Of a DNA stretch of 64,000 nucleotides, positions 1 to 9,768 are shown in pieces (the stretch's first letter is position 1; each line of letters begins with the position of its first letter). Below the pieces are notes generated by a model that saw nothing but the letters and a program-made list of their open reading frames with translations, did no database searches and was not told the DNA's origin. Location of the stretch: the NCBI GenBank assembly GCA_002476605.1, contig DLLD01000016.1, positions 99,225-163,224 on the forward strand, written 5' to 3'. Source of the stretch: Christensenella sp. UBA7571 (GTDB taxonomy: Bacteria; Bacillota; Clostridia; Christensenellales; CAG-917). The translations under genes were made by a program, and so were the position numbers.

Positions 1-2
1 TT

Positions 3-515
3 ATGGCAAAAAGCAGCAGTGAAAGTATGAAGAAATTGTGTAACGAGATTATAGAAAACGCGCTCGATCCGGACGTCGAATACGATTATCTTAAAAGTGC
101 GTTCGACGAGGAATTGCCGATTATTTACGAGAGAGGGCTTGCAGACGATTTTTTACTCGCGTACGAAATCTCGGAAGCGATAAAAGAGGTGGTTGTCTTT
201 CCCGAATTTATAGGCTACGCGTCAAGCAGTATAGTCGCAAATTTGCTTAGGATAACCGAAGTAAACCCAAAGGAGTACGGCTTGAAGTTCAAAGACGTGA
301 TGGGGGATACCTCCAAAGATTATATGTGGGGGTATCATTTGAGCAAGTATTATTTGTACGACGTTTACAAAGAGCTGAAAACGCATTTTCAAAGCGTCGA
401 ATTGAGTGCAAACGACGATTATTTTATTGTGGACGGACTCAAAATTAATATCGAAACGTCTTATGATAGAATACAGTCGATTGGTTTGTGTATGGAACGG
501 TGTAAGCCGTTTTAA
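3..515 (+). CDS. hypothetical protein with a degenerate DNA polymerase III alpha-like segment
   Basis: 170-aa ORF. Its ATG lies 2 nt from the window edge, so the true N-terminus is uncertain. The segment GLADDFLLAYEISEAIKE...GYASSSIVANLLRITEVNPKEYGLKF resembles the DnaE/PolC region MGFxxYFLIVxD...GPGRGSAAGSLVAYxLGITxxDPxxYxLLFERF. The protein ends about 90 aa later, so it is not a real polymerase. Confidence 0.35.
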   Translation: MAKSSSESMKKLCNEIIENALDPDVEYDYLKSAFDEELPIIYERGLADDFLLAYEISEAIKEVVVFPEFIGYASSSIVANLLRITEVNPKEYGLKFKDVMGDTSKDYMWGYHLSKYYLYDVYKELKTHFQSVELSANDDYFIVDGLKINIETSYDRIQSIGLCMERCKPF

Positions 516-593
516 TAACCCAAAAACGAGATAAAGCAGGCGTTTTGCCTGCTTTATCTATTGATTGCGTAATTTTATTTAATAGTCGTGCAA

Positions 594-3038
594 TTATTTT
601 TTCTTTGCTTTCTTTTCTTTGCCGAGACCTTTGATAAATCTGCGGAAACCGCCTTTTCTGCCGTTGAGCATATCTACGAGGCCGTCGAGAGCGCGTTGGT
701 TGATGATGCCCATTGACCACGCCGCTATCGTGCGATAAGGCATATCCTTGACGGAATTGGTGAGCATTTCGGGGTTTTCGGAAGAAAGTGCGACGAGGTT
801 GACTGCGCCGACTGCGAGGTTGTACATAAACTTGCCGAATCTTGAAATTCTGCATTGACCGATGGTGTTGTTTGCGGTCAACTCACCTTTGACGAACGGC
901 TTGTTTTCAACCATCTTTTCACCGTAAAGTGCCTCGAATTGCTCGACGGGGATATCTTTTGCGTTTGCAATATCGTAGTAGCAAGGAGCGGTCGCTTTGT
1001 AGTCGGGGATAGGTGCGTCGGGATTTTTGGACGTTACGTTCACGGTGCCTTCGAGCTTGATATCGCGAGAGCTTGCGCCCACGAGGATACGGAAATCACC
1101 GCTTTCGACGTGCCAATCGTTGACGGCTACGTTGTAGTATGCAAACGCACGGGAGTCGAGCGATACGCTGACTTCTTTTTCTTCACCCGCTTGCAAGAAC
1201 AATTTCTTGAAGCCTTTGAGTTCCTTTTCGGGACGGTAGAGAGTGCTTTCGACGTCCGCAACGTACACTTGCGCAATTTCCGCGCCCGCGACTTTGCCCG
1301 TGTTCTTGACCTTAAACGTGACGGTGAAGTCGTCTCCTTCGTTGATGTTGTCCGCGCTCAATTTGAGGTCGGAATACTCAAACGTGGTGTAACTCAAACC
1401 GTAACCGAACGGATACTTGACCGCTTTCTTTGCCGTGTCGTAATAGCGGTATCCGACGTAAACGCCTTCGCGATATTCCACCGTGCGGGGGCCCATACGG
1501 AAGTATTTCGCGCCGATATAATCGTTTTCGTTGACGGGGAAGGTTTCTGCAAGTTTGCCCGAGGGATTGACCTTGCCGTAGATGAGGTTGTACGCCGCCT
1601 CTCCGCCAGCTTGTCCGCCGAGATAGAGGTTGAGTATGCCTTTTACGTCCTTGTCCCAATCACCGATTTCGACGGGTGAACCGCAAGAAAGCACGACGAT
1701 GACGTTTTTGTTGACCTTCAAAATCTCGTTGATGAGCGTAACGTGCGAAGAAGGCATTTTGATGTGACTGCGGTCGTAGCCTTCCGACTCGAACGCGTCC
1801 GTAAGACCGATAAACAACAGCACCGCGTCTTTGCCTTTTGCCGTCTTGACCGCTTGTTTTATGAGGCTCTTTTTGTAGCCTTCGCCTTTGAGGGTGTATC
1901 CGTCGGCATAAGCGTATTTTTGACCCGCCTTGTCCAAAGCGTCCGTAAACGACGTGATTTTGGTGGGGAGAATGTGGCTCGAACCACCGCCTTGATAGCG
2001 GAGTTTCTTTGCGAGCTTGCCGATGACCGCGATATTTTGTTTTGCGTTCAAAGGGAGTGCGCCGTCGTTTTTGAGAAGCACAGCCCCGCCTTCCGCCGCG
2101 CGTCTTGCGATTGCGTTGTGTTCTTCGATATCGAACTTTACGCCCTTGACTTCGCGTACGGTGTTTTCGTATGCAAATCTTATGAGGCGAAGCACCACTT
2201 TGTCGACGTCTTCAACGGTGAGAGTGCCGTCTTCGAGTGCTTTGTATACGCTGGGATCGTTCATACCTTTGTTGCCGGGCATTTCGAGATCCATACCCGC
2301 TTTGACGCCTTCGGCACGATCGTTGACTGCGCCCCAGTCGCTCACCACGATGCCCTTAAATCCCCACTCGTCGCGCAAGACGTCTGTGAGAAAACGCTTG
2401 TAATCACTGAGATACGTGCCGTTGAGACGGTTGTAGGAGCACATAACCGTCGTGGGTTGTTCCGTCTTGACGATATGCTCGAACGCGGGCATATAAATCT
2501 CGCGAAGCGTACGCTCGTCAACTACGGAGTTGATGGTCATTCTTATGTATTCTTGGTTGTTTGCAAGGAAGTGTTTGAGGGAAGTGCCGACGTTTTTGCT
2601 TTGCACGCCGTGTACCCACGCAGCACCCATACGTCCCGCAAGGAAGGGGTCTTCCGAGAAGTACTCGAAGTTTCTTCCGCAAAGCGGACTGCGCTTGATG
2701 TTGACGCCCGGACCGAGAACGGTGGAAACGCCCAAAGACTGCGCTTCGACTGCGATTGCCGCGCCGACCTCTTGTTCAAGCTCAACGTCCCAACTCGATG
2801 CTGACGTAACCGCACCGGGGAAGCAAGTTGCGGGTTCGGGCGTTTGCATAATGTTCACGCCACCGGACATTTTTTCACGACGCATACCGTTAGGACCGTC
2901 GCTCGTGCGCACGGCGGGAATGTCTACGCCGTCTCTCTTGATAGGTTGCGTAAGCCACGTGGTAGAACCGGAAAGCATTTGCACTTTCTCTTCCAGCGTA
3001 AGCTTGGCAAGGATATCTTTATAATCGTTCTCGTTCAT
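594..3038 (-). CDS. glycoside hydrolase family 3 beta-glucosidase
   Basis: Long ORF with GH3 hallmarks: SDGPNG, KHFLANNQE, VVSDWGA nucleophile region and a C-terminal fibronectin-like domain. Start moved to the ATG at 3038, preceded by GGAGGA. The track ORF extends to 3080. Confidence 0.9.
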   Translation of the reverse strand: MNENDYKDILAKLTLEEKVQMLSGSTTWLTQPIKRDGVDIPAVRTSDGPNGMRREKMSGGVNIMQTPEPATCFPGAVTSASSWDVELEQEVGAAIAVEAQSLGVSTVLGPGVNIKRSPLCGRNFEYFSEDPFLAGRMGAAWVHGVQSKNVGTSLKHFLANNQEYIRMTINSVVDERTLREIYMPAFEHIVKTEQPTTVMCSYNRLNGTYLSDYKRFLTDVLRDEWGFKGIVVSDWGAVNDRAEGVKAGMDLEMPGNKGMNDPSVYKALEDGTLTVEDVDKVVLRLIRFAYENTVREVKGVKFDIEEHNAIARRAAEGGAVLLKNDGALPLNAKQNIAVIGKLAKKLRYQGGGSSHILPTKITSFTDALDKAGQKYAYADGYTLKGEGYKKSLIKQAVKTAKGKDAVLLFIGLTDAFESEGYDRSHIKMPSSHVTLINEILKVNKNVIVVLSCGSPVEIGDWDKDVKGILNLYLGGQAGGEAAYNLIYGKVNPSGKLAETFPVNENDYIGAKYFRMGPRTVEYREGVYVGYRYYDTAKKAVKYPFGYGLSYTTFEYSDLKLSADNINEGDDFTVTFKVKNTGKVAGAEIAQVYVADVESTLYRPEKELKGFKKLFLQAGEEKEVSVSLDSRAFAYYNVAVNDWHVESGDFRILVGASSRDIKLEGTVNVTSKNPDAPIPDYKATAPCYYDIANAKDIPVEQFEALYGEKMVENKPFVKGELTANNTIGQCRISRFGKFMYNLAVGAVNLVALSSENPEMLTNSVKDMPYRTIAAWSMGIINQRALDGLVDMLNGRKGGFRRFIKGLGKEKKAKKK

Positions 3039-3333
3039 AATTTCCTCCGAGTATTTATATTTGAGTTTATATATAGGCAAAGCCTTTATTTCGATAATAT
3101 AAATTAACAGTTACTCTTATGTATCAATAATACAAAGTAATAATAACTCTTATATATCATTATATCACGCGCACGGCGTGCTTTCAAGCATAGATTTTTA
3201 TCGTTTGCAATACGATCGCGACGTGCATATCGTTTGTCGTTTTAGTCTTTGTTGAGCGTATATGCGTTTTCAATCGTTTTGACAAAATAACCGTTTTATT
3301 CGTGCGAAAACGATTGATAAAAGCGCGTTTTCG

Positions 3334-4011
3334 TCATTTGTTAAGTTTTGCTTTGTCGCGAGCGGAAAGGGGCGTTTTGTCGTCGATATACGTTTGCCAC
3401 ACGTTTATACGGTCGTCCTCGTCAATTTGACGGAGCACTCTGCAAGGATTGCCCACCGCAATGCAACGTGGCGGAATATCGCGAGTTACGACGCTTCCCG
3501 CACCTATAACCGAGCCTTCTCCTATCGTAACGCCACCGCAAATAACCACGTTGGAAGCTATCCAAGCGTTCTTTTTGATAGTCACGGGTTTTGAATATTC
3601 GAGGTCGTGATAACCGTCTGGATAGGTGGTGTTTATGCGCTCTTCCGCAACGAGTGGGTGGCAAGGCGTTGCAATCGTGACGTTTGCGCCGAGCCATACG
3701 CCGTCTTCGAGAGTGATGGGAGATATGTCCAAAAGAGTGCAACCGTAGTTGAAAAATACGTCGTTGCCAAGGTGTATATTTACGCCGTATTCACAATAAA
3801 AAGGTGTGAAAATCCAAGCGGATTTGCCCTTGGAAGAGGGGATAAGCTTGTTTATAAGTCGTTTTTGCCTCGGTGTGTTCCACACGGGGCATTTGTTGAG
3901 CTTTTGCGTGAGGAGCATACCTCTTGCGTGTTGCCAAAATATGTCCTTGCTCGACGAGTTGTACAACTTGCCGTTTATCATACGTTGCCATTCGACTTTT
4001 TCTTTGCTCAT
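3334..4011 (-). CDS. maa: maltose/galactoside O-acetyltransferase (left-handed beta-helix, hexapeptide repeat)
   Basis: The N-terminus (MSKEKVEWQRMINGKLY) and the hexapeptide-repeat C-terminus (GANVTI...GGVTIGEGSVIGAGSVV) are typical of Maa/LacA. RBS GAGGTGA upstream. Confidence 0.8.
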   Translation of the reverse strand: MSKEKVEWQRMINGKLYNSSSKDIFWQHARGMLLTQKLNKCPVWNTPRQKRLINKLIPSSKGKSAWIFTPFYCEYGVNIHLGNDVFFNYGCTLLDISPITLEDGVWLGANVTIATPCHPLVAEERINTTYPDGYHDLEYSKPVTIKKNAWIASNVVICGGVTIGEGSVIGAGSVVTRDIPPRCIAVGNPCRVLRQIDEDDRINVWQTYIDDKTPLSARDKAKLNK

Positions 4012-4140
4012 ATTTCACCTCATTTTGATATAATTTTATGTCAAAATAATAATGAATTATATCATAAAAGCGAACAAAATATCATAAAAGCGTTGTAAAA
4101 TACAAAAAGCGTGTTATCATTGAGGGGTAGAGAACGCGAA

Positions 4141-4190
4141 AATTAATAATTAATAATTAATAATTGCGGAAGGCAGAGTCTTATCCAAAA
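4141..4190 (-). repeat. inverted copy of the AT-rich heptamer module (TTAATAA-like x3.5 plus GCGGAAGGCAG..CTTATCC)
   Basis: The reverse complement reads TTTGGATAAGACTCTGCCTTCCGCAATTATTAATTATTAATTATTAATT. This matches TTTGGATAAGGCTACGCCTTCCGCAATTATTAATTAATAATTAATAATT at 29596-29650. Confidence 0.7.
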
Positions 4191-4215
4191 TAAATATATA
4201 AACGATATAGGGGAA

Positions 4216-5043
4216 ATGAATCCTAATATGGAAGACGGAAAAAACAAAAAATTGAATATCGAAGTTCTGCCGAAAGGGGTGTCTGCGCCTAAGTTCCAGC
4301 AGAGAGAAAGCGGTGTGGCGCACACGCCGTACAGTCGGGAAGTTGCGTTTTACAGTTGCATAAAAAACGGTGATTTGCAAGGGCTTCAAGATTGTATGGA
4401 AAAGTTTATGTTCGAGTCTCTTGTCGTTGGCAGAATGAGCAACGACAACTTGCGCCAGTCCAAGTATATGGCGGTGAGTTGCATTACGCTTGCCACGCGA
4501 TACGCCGTCGAGGGCGGGCTTATGGAAAGCGAGGCGTATAATTTGTCGGACAAGTATATTCAAAGCATCGACAATATGGACGATACGGACGATATATTGT
4601 ATTTCCTTATCGAAAAAGCCGGAGAACTTACGACGCTTGTTAAAGAGCATAAAGACAGACTGGAATATCCGCCGTATATCCGAAAGGCAATAAAAATCAT
4701 TGATTCGCATTTGCACGACAAGCTCGTGTGTGAGAATATCGCAAAAGAGTGCGGTGTAAGCGCGGATTACCTAATGAGGCAGTTCAAACAATGCGTGGGC
4801 GTGACTATGAAACGATATATAACGTTGCAAAAACTCGAAGCGTCAAAAGAATTGTTGCTTGGAGACGTTGCGTATAAGGACGTCGGATACTATTTCGGAT
4901 TTTGCTCGCAAACGCACTATATAAGCGCGTTTGAAAAAGAATACGGAATGACGCCGAAACAATTTATTGCGTCAAATGCCGTAAAGAAAAGAACAGCGAA
5001 GAAAAAGCAAAACAAGCGCGGTGTCGGCACCTGTCAACGTTGA
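4216..5043 (+). CDS. AraC family transcriptional regulator
   Basis: C-terminal double HTH (IAKECGVSADYLMRQFK ... YYFGFCSQTHYISAFEKEYGMTPKQF). AGGGGA RBS. Confidence 0.8.
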   Translation: MNPNMEDGKNKKLNIEVLPKGVSAPKFQQRESGVAHTPYSREVAFYSCIKNGDLQGLQDCMEKFMFESLVVGRMSNDNLRQSKYMAVSCITLATRYAVEGGLMESEAYNLSDKYIQSIDNMDDTDDILYFLIEKAGELTTLVKEHKDRLEYPPYIRKAIKIIDSHLHDKLVCENIAKECGVSADYLMRQFKQCVGVTMKRYITLQKLEASKELLLGDVAYKDVGYYFGFCSQTHYISAFEKEYGMTPKQFIASNAVKKRTAKKKQNKRGVGTCQR

Positions 5044-5197
5044 GCATTGATGCCGTAAACGAAAGTTGTGCGGTAAAATCCGATAGATAAAACCTTGTTT
5101 GCGATATAAATCGACAATTTTTGCACGAAAAATAAAATTGCACCAATACCGTAACCAAACGATAACTCGTACGTGTATTTAGTGAAAGGAGGATTGA

Positions 5198-5677
5198 ATG
5201 AAGAACGAGACTTTGGAAAGGCTCATCAAGAAGCACTACAATGAGGCTTTGCTTTACGTGTACTCGTTTTGCCACAATCGCTCGCTTTCGGAAGATATAG
5301 TTCAAGAGTCGTTTATGCGCGCGTTCCGCTCCATCGACGAGGAAAAGGACGGATTCAAATACTGGCTTTTCAAGGTGTGCAGAAACTGCTACTTCGATTA
5401 CTTGCGCAAGAACAAGTGCGTGGGTGCGATAGAGTCCGACGTCGCGGACGAGAACGACTTGATAGACTCCGTTATCCAAAAGGAAGAATATCGCGCGCTT
5501 TATAAAGCGATATCGCTCCTCAAAGACAACTATCAAGAAATCGTGCGACTTTTCTACTTTGACGGTATGTCGATAAAGGAAATCGCGTCCATACTCGATA
5601 CGAGCATTGAGAACGTAAAAATCCAACTCTATCGTGCAAGACTCAAACTCAAAGACATTTTGGAGGGTAATATATGA
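5198..5677 (+). CDS. ECF-type RNA polymerase sigma-70 family factor
   Basis: 159 aa with region 2 (DIVQESFMRAF, WLFKVCRNCYFDYLRK) and region 4 (EIVRLFYFDGMSIKEIASIL). AAGGAGG RBS. Confidence 0.85.
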   Translation: MKNETLERLIKKHYNEALLYVYSFCHNRSLSEDIVQESFMRAFRSIDEEKDGFKYWLFKVCRNCYFDYLRKNKCVGAIESDVADENDLIDSVIQKEEYRALYKAISLLKDNYQEIVRLFYFDGMSIKEIASILDTSIENVKIQLYRARLKLKDILEGNI

Positions 5678-6246
5678 ATTTTGAAGAGGCGTTTGCCCGC
5701 TATAAAGACGGCGTTGCCACGGAAGAAGAAAGAGCGTACGTAAAAAGTCAATTGGAAATTGCGAACGCTTTCGTTGCAGACGACGAAAAACGCCAATCCG
5801 TACCCGTCGCGGAAGCAAGCGACGACGACGTGAAAAAGGCAAAGAAAAAATTTAAGTGGCGTTACGTCGTGATACCCGCGATATCGCTTATATGCACTCT
5901 TTTGGTGATTGCGTCAATACTCGGCGGTGTGTTCGGCTCGGCGGCAACGTACGCGCATAACGCAAGAGCGTACGACAAAAATTCGTGCGAGACTATCGCT
6001 TGGGAAAAACTCGTTGAAGTTGCGACGGAAAACGATTTTTCCTCGTATCTTCCGACGTTTGAGGTGGACGACGTTGACAAAGAGTTCAACTACGTCGCAC
6101 ACGATATAAAACAAAGCTATTATTCCTATTTCTTCACGTTTGAACGCAACGACGATTTGTACCTCGATAAGACCGATATAAAGGTTGTCGTTGAAGTCAA
6201 CACCGTAACGGGAGTTGCAACGCTCGTGAAAATCAAGAATAAATAA
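5674..6246 (+). CDS. putative anti-sigma factor (single-pass membrane protein)
   Basis: ATGA overlap with the sigma gene. Short cytoplasmic N-terminus, then one hydrophobic helix (YVVIPAISLICTLLVIASILGGVF). The call rests on position and topology only. Confidence 0.5.
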   Translation: MNFEEAFARYKDGVATEEERAYVKSQLEIANAFVADDEKRQSVPVAEASDDDVKKAKKKFKWRYVVIPAISLICTLLVIASILGGVFGSAATYAHNARAYDKNSCETIAWEKLVEVATENDFSSYLPTFEVDDVDKEFNYVAHDIKQSYYSYFFTFERNDDLYLDKTDIKVVVEVNTVTGVATLVKIKNK

Positions 6247-6439
6247 AATCAAGCAATCGATATTAAAAAGCGTGCCCAGTCGGCGCGCTTTTTTCTTTGC
6301 ATTGTTAAGTGGGTTTGTCGATGTGTTTTTCTTTTTAGTGTTAAAGCATAGAGTTGTGCGCTTTTTTCGTCGAAAATTCAAATATATTTTTTCCGCTTAT
6401 TTTTATAATCTCTTTGCATACAATATTCACGAGGTGTTT

Positions 6440-7153
6440 ATGTGGTCAAACTTGATAAGTATCGACAAAGGGTACGATAAGGAGATAGGATATATACTTG
6501 ACAAACTTCAATGCACGAAAGACGTGTCGTACGCAATAGAGGAGTCAGAGGACAGAATGTGGATTTATCTTGCAAGTGCGTGCGAGTGTGTGGACGAGGT
6601 GGAAAGCAAGATTTACGATATACTCGACGTGGTGTTTTTGTCTTTTCTCAAATTGCGTTTTTTTCTCGAACGGTTGCCGATAAGGGTGCTCAACCACGCC
6701 AAGTGCGCGCTTTTGAGTTCAATCGTAAACTTCGACAGAGATTTTGAAAGCGGAATAATCGCAAAGACGTTGTCAAACTCGCTTGACTACAACGTCGACG
6801 GTCTTTTTAATTTTCGCTTGCGCTCGCTCAAAGAGGCGTGGAGCGAAGTTGCCGACGTCGCTTCGAGATTGCTCGAAGGCAGCAGCGGTGACACGGATAT
6901 ATTTGATATTGCCTCGTTTATCGCTGGGACGGACGGCGGAAAGAATCAAATATGCGTTGAGCGCAATCGCCTCAAAAATTTGACGGAAAGGCACTTTGTA
7001 GAAGTGGTCAATTTGTTCGATACGGAAGAGTATAACATATTGAGCGCAATCATCAAAGAAAAGCCGTGCGAAATAGTGATTGAAAACAACTCTTTTTCAA
7101 CGCCGATGAACTCGACGTTGCGCCGTATTGCAAGAGTTATAGAAAAATCGTAA
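6440..7153 (+). CDS. hypothetical protein, possibly YtxC-like sporulation protein
   Basis: Start moved to the ATG at 6440 after GAGGTG. Size and weak resemblance to YtxC-like proteins only. Confidence 0.3.
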   Translation: MWSNLISIDKGYDKEIGYILDKLQCTKDVSYAIEESEDRMWIYLASACECVDEVESKIYDILDVVFLSFLKLRFFLERLPIRVLNHAKCALLSSIVNFDRDFESGIIAKTLSNSLDYNVDGLFNFRLRSLKEAWSEVADVASRLLEGSSGDTDIFDIASFIAGTDGGKNQICVERNRLKNLTERHFVEVVNLFDTEEYNILSAIIKEKPCEIVIENNSFSTPMNSTLRRIARVIEKS

Positions 7154-7320
7154 AAACACGATATGTGTTGCAAAAACGAGCAAAATTGCGCAAAACCGCC
7201 AAAAACGGCTATATTTCGACTAAATTAAAGGGTGTAAAAGCACGAAAAGTGTTATATAATGTCGAAATAAAACACGATATGTGTATAGAGTTAAAAGACG
7301 TTTGAAAATAAAGGCAACGA

Positions 7321-7346
7321 AAAAACGGGCAGTTACGCCCGTTTTT
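7321..7346. terminator. bidirectional rho-independent terminator
   Basis: AAAAACGGGC-AGTTAC-GCCCGTTTTT: perfect stem flanked by A and T runs, between convergent genes. Confidence 0.65.
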
Positions 7347-7379
7347 CAGTCATATTCGGTTGTGGCCGTGCGGTTGATA

Positions 7380-8474
7380 TCAATAGACTTTGCGTGCCTT
7401 GATAACGCTGTTCGTGGTGAGCGATGCAAGGTCAAGTTCTGTATCGGTGTCGATTACGGTATAGCGTATACCGTTTCTTACCGCGCTTACTCCGTCAAAT
7501 TCGGAAGCACCCGTATCGTTTGAGATGATTGTGTAACGGTGCGTTGCCGATTTGGGAACGGACAAATTGGGCATATTGACGGAATTGACGATATTGCCGT
7601 TTTCGATATAGTCTTTGAGTTCCTTGGCAGCCATAACCGCGCAGTTGTCTTCCGCCTCTTCCGTAGATGCGCCGAGGTGAGGCACTGCGACGATGCCTTC
7701 GCATCTTACGCAATCACCGTCGGGGAAATCGACGACGTATTTGCGCACTTTTTTGCTTGCAAGCGCGTCTTTGATTGCCGATACGTCGCAAAGTTCTCCG
7801 CGTGCGGCGTTGACGATTATAACGCCGTCTTTCATCGTCGCGACGCTATCGGCGTTGATTAGTTGCTTGGTGTCGGGCGTCATCGGAAGGTGAAGTGTGA
7901 CGAAGTCCGCGTTTTGCCAAGCGTTTTTCATATCGTCGAAAATCGTTACGAAGGGAATTTCTTCCTTTGCGGATTGCGAGATGAAGGGGTCGTAACCCAC
8001 GACGTTCATACCGAGAGCGTGCGCGGAGATTGCAACTTTTCTGCCTATTGCGCCGAGACCCAAAACACATAGTGTTTTGCCCGCTATTTCGTTGCCCGCA
8101 AACGCGCTCTTGCCTTTTTCCACTTGTTTTGCCACGTCGTCACCCGTGAGGGTATTTGCCCAATTGCTTGCCTCGACGACGTTTCTTGCGCCGATAATGA
8201 GGTACGCGATTACGAGTTCCTTAACCGCGTTGGCGTTTGCGCCGGGGGTGTTGAACACGCAAATACCTTTCTTTGCGTAGTCCGCGTGCGGAATATTGTT
8301 GACGCCCGCGCCCGCTCTTGCAACCGCAAGAAGGGAAGCTGGCACTTGATATTCCTCCATTTTGAAGGAGCGCACGAGTATGCCTACGGGATCGGTGCAA
8401 TTATCCGTGACGGTGTAGCCTTCGAGCACGGGATTTGCAAGTTTTGATATGGAATTGAGTTTGAGAATATTCAT
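7380..8474 (-). CDS. serA: D-3-phosphoglycerate dehydrogenase-like 2-hydroxyacid dehydrogenase
   Basis: NAD-binding GLGAIGRKVA, catalytic-domain motifs (NAARG, HLGAST). Lies immediately downstream of serC in the same orientation. Confidence 0.75.
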   Translation of the reverse strand: MNILKLNSISKLANPVLEGYTVTDNCTDPVGILVRSFKMEEYQVPASLLAVARAGAGVNNIPHADYAKKGICVFNTPGANANAVKELVIAYLIIGARNVVEASNWANTLTGDDVAKQVEKGKSAFAGNEIAGKTLCVLGLGAIGRKVAISAHALGMNVVGYDPFISQSAKEEIPFVTIFDDMKNAWQNADFVTLHLPMTPDTKQLINADSVATMKDGVIIVNAARGELCDVSAIKDALASKKVRKYVVDFPDGDCVRCEGIVAVPHLGASTEEAEDNCAVMAAKELKDYIENGNIVNSVNMPNLSVPKSATHRYTIISNDTGASEFDGVSAVRNGIRYTVIDTDTELDLASLTTNSVIKARKVY

Positions 8475-8492
8475 ATCTTCACCTAATTAGAC

Positions 8493-9569
8493 TTACTTGT
8501 TTTCAAGTTCAAATTTCTTCATAAACTCGACGAGGGCTTTGACGCCTTCCACGGGCATTGCGTTGTAGATTGACGCGCGCATACCGCCCACGAGTTTGTG
8601 ACCTTTGAGGGATACGAGTCCGTTGGCTTCCGCTTCTTTGACGAATTTGGCGTTGAGCTCGTCCGTAGGAGCGACGAAAGGCACGTTCATAATGGAACGA
8701 CTGTCTTTTTCAACGTAGTTGTTGTAGAAGTCGGAGTTGTCGATGAAGTCGTAAAGCATACCCGCTTTTTCTCTGTTGATTTGCTCGATTGCCTCGACAC
8801 CGCCCATTTTTTTGAGGTGGCGCAAGTTGAGCATCATCATATAAATTGACCAGCACGGCGGAGTGTTGTAGAGACTGTTTGCGTCTATTTGCGTGCGGTA
8901 TTTTAGCATAGTGGGGCAAATGGGGAGTTCACCGCCGAGCATATCGTCTTTGACGATAACGAGCGTGACGCCCGCGGGAGCAAGGTTCTTTTGCGCGCCG
9001 GCGTAGATGAGAGAATATTTGCTCACGTCCGTCTTTTCGCTCATAATGCAAGAGGATAAGTCCGCAACGAGGGGTACGCCGTTCGTGTCGGGAAGAGTGT
9101 GATATTTCGAGCCGAAAATGGTGTTGTTTTCGGTGATGTGAACGTAGCTTGCGTCTTGTCTGAAATCGGACGGGGACGTCTTGGGAATGTAGGTGAATTT
9201 CTTGTCTTCGCTGGACGCGACGAGCTTGATATCACCGTATTTTTGCGCTTCTTTGTACGCTTTTTTGGCAAAGTTGCCGGTTACGATATAATCCGCTTTT
9301 CCCGTTTTGAGCAAGTTGAGCGGAATTGCTTCGAACTGCGTGGAAGCACCGCCTTGCACCATAATAACGTGGTAGTTTTCGGGGATTTGCATAAGCTCGC
9401 GCACCAAGTCAAGGCACTCGGTATTGATTGCGTCGTACCATTTGGAGCGGTGGCTCATCTCCATAACGCTCATACCCGAGCCGTTATAATCTACGATGGA
9501 TTTTCCCGCCTCTTGCAACACCTCGATAGGGAGCATAGACGGACCTGCAGAAAAGTTGTAAACTCTCAT
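8493..9569 (-). CDS. serC: phosphoserine aminotransferase
   Basis: The MRVYNFSAGPSMLP start, GGASTQF and the lysine-bearing YAGAQKNLAPAG motif are diagnostic of SerC. Confidence 0.92.
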   Translation of the reverse strand: MRVYNFSAGPSMLPIEVLQEAGKSIVDYNGSGMSVMEMSHRSKWYDAINTECLDLVRELMQIPENYHVIMVQGGASTQFEAIPLNLLKTGKADYIVTGNFAKKAYKEAQKYGDIKLVASSEDKKFTYIPKTSPSDFRQDASYVHITENNTIFGSKYHTLPDTNGVPLVADLSSCIMSEKTDVSKYSLIYAGAQKNLAPAGVTLVIVKDDMLGGELPICPTMLKYRTQIDANSLYNTPPCWSIYMMMLNLRHLKKMGGVEAIEQINREKAGMLYDFIDNSDFYNNYVEKDSRSIMNVPFVAPTDELNAKFVKEAEANGLVSLKGHKLVGGMRASIYNAMPVEGVKALVEFMKKFELENK

Positions 9570-9768
9570 AAATTCTCCTTTTTATTGCGATATGCAAATA
9601 TCGTTTATACTTATATCGTAAAGGCAAAATCGGCGTTTGTAAAGATGTTTTTTGTCTGCTTTTGCAAGTATTTGCATAATCTCTTGCTTAAAACGTAAAA
9701 ATAGTGTAATATATTAAACTAGATAAATATGTACACAATCACGCGCTTAGGCGCATACGGAGAATATA

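Noticed and set aside
855-2804. Long antisense ORFs (855-1679, 1743-2804, 2017-2403, 2530-3024) opposite the GH3 gene
   Set aside because: These are shadow ORFs on the strand opposite a strongly supported CDS, with low-complexity Val/Phe/Arg-rich translations and no RBS. The same reasoning applies to 15322-16155, 25360-27405, 28231-29022, 47791-49071, 51384-52688, 52850-53776 and 59799-60665.
7281-7523. 80-aa ORF spanning the terminator between the YtxC-like gene and serA
   Set aside because: It runs through a strong bidirectional terminator hairpin, overlaps the 3' end of serA on the opposite strand, and has no RBS.
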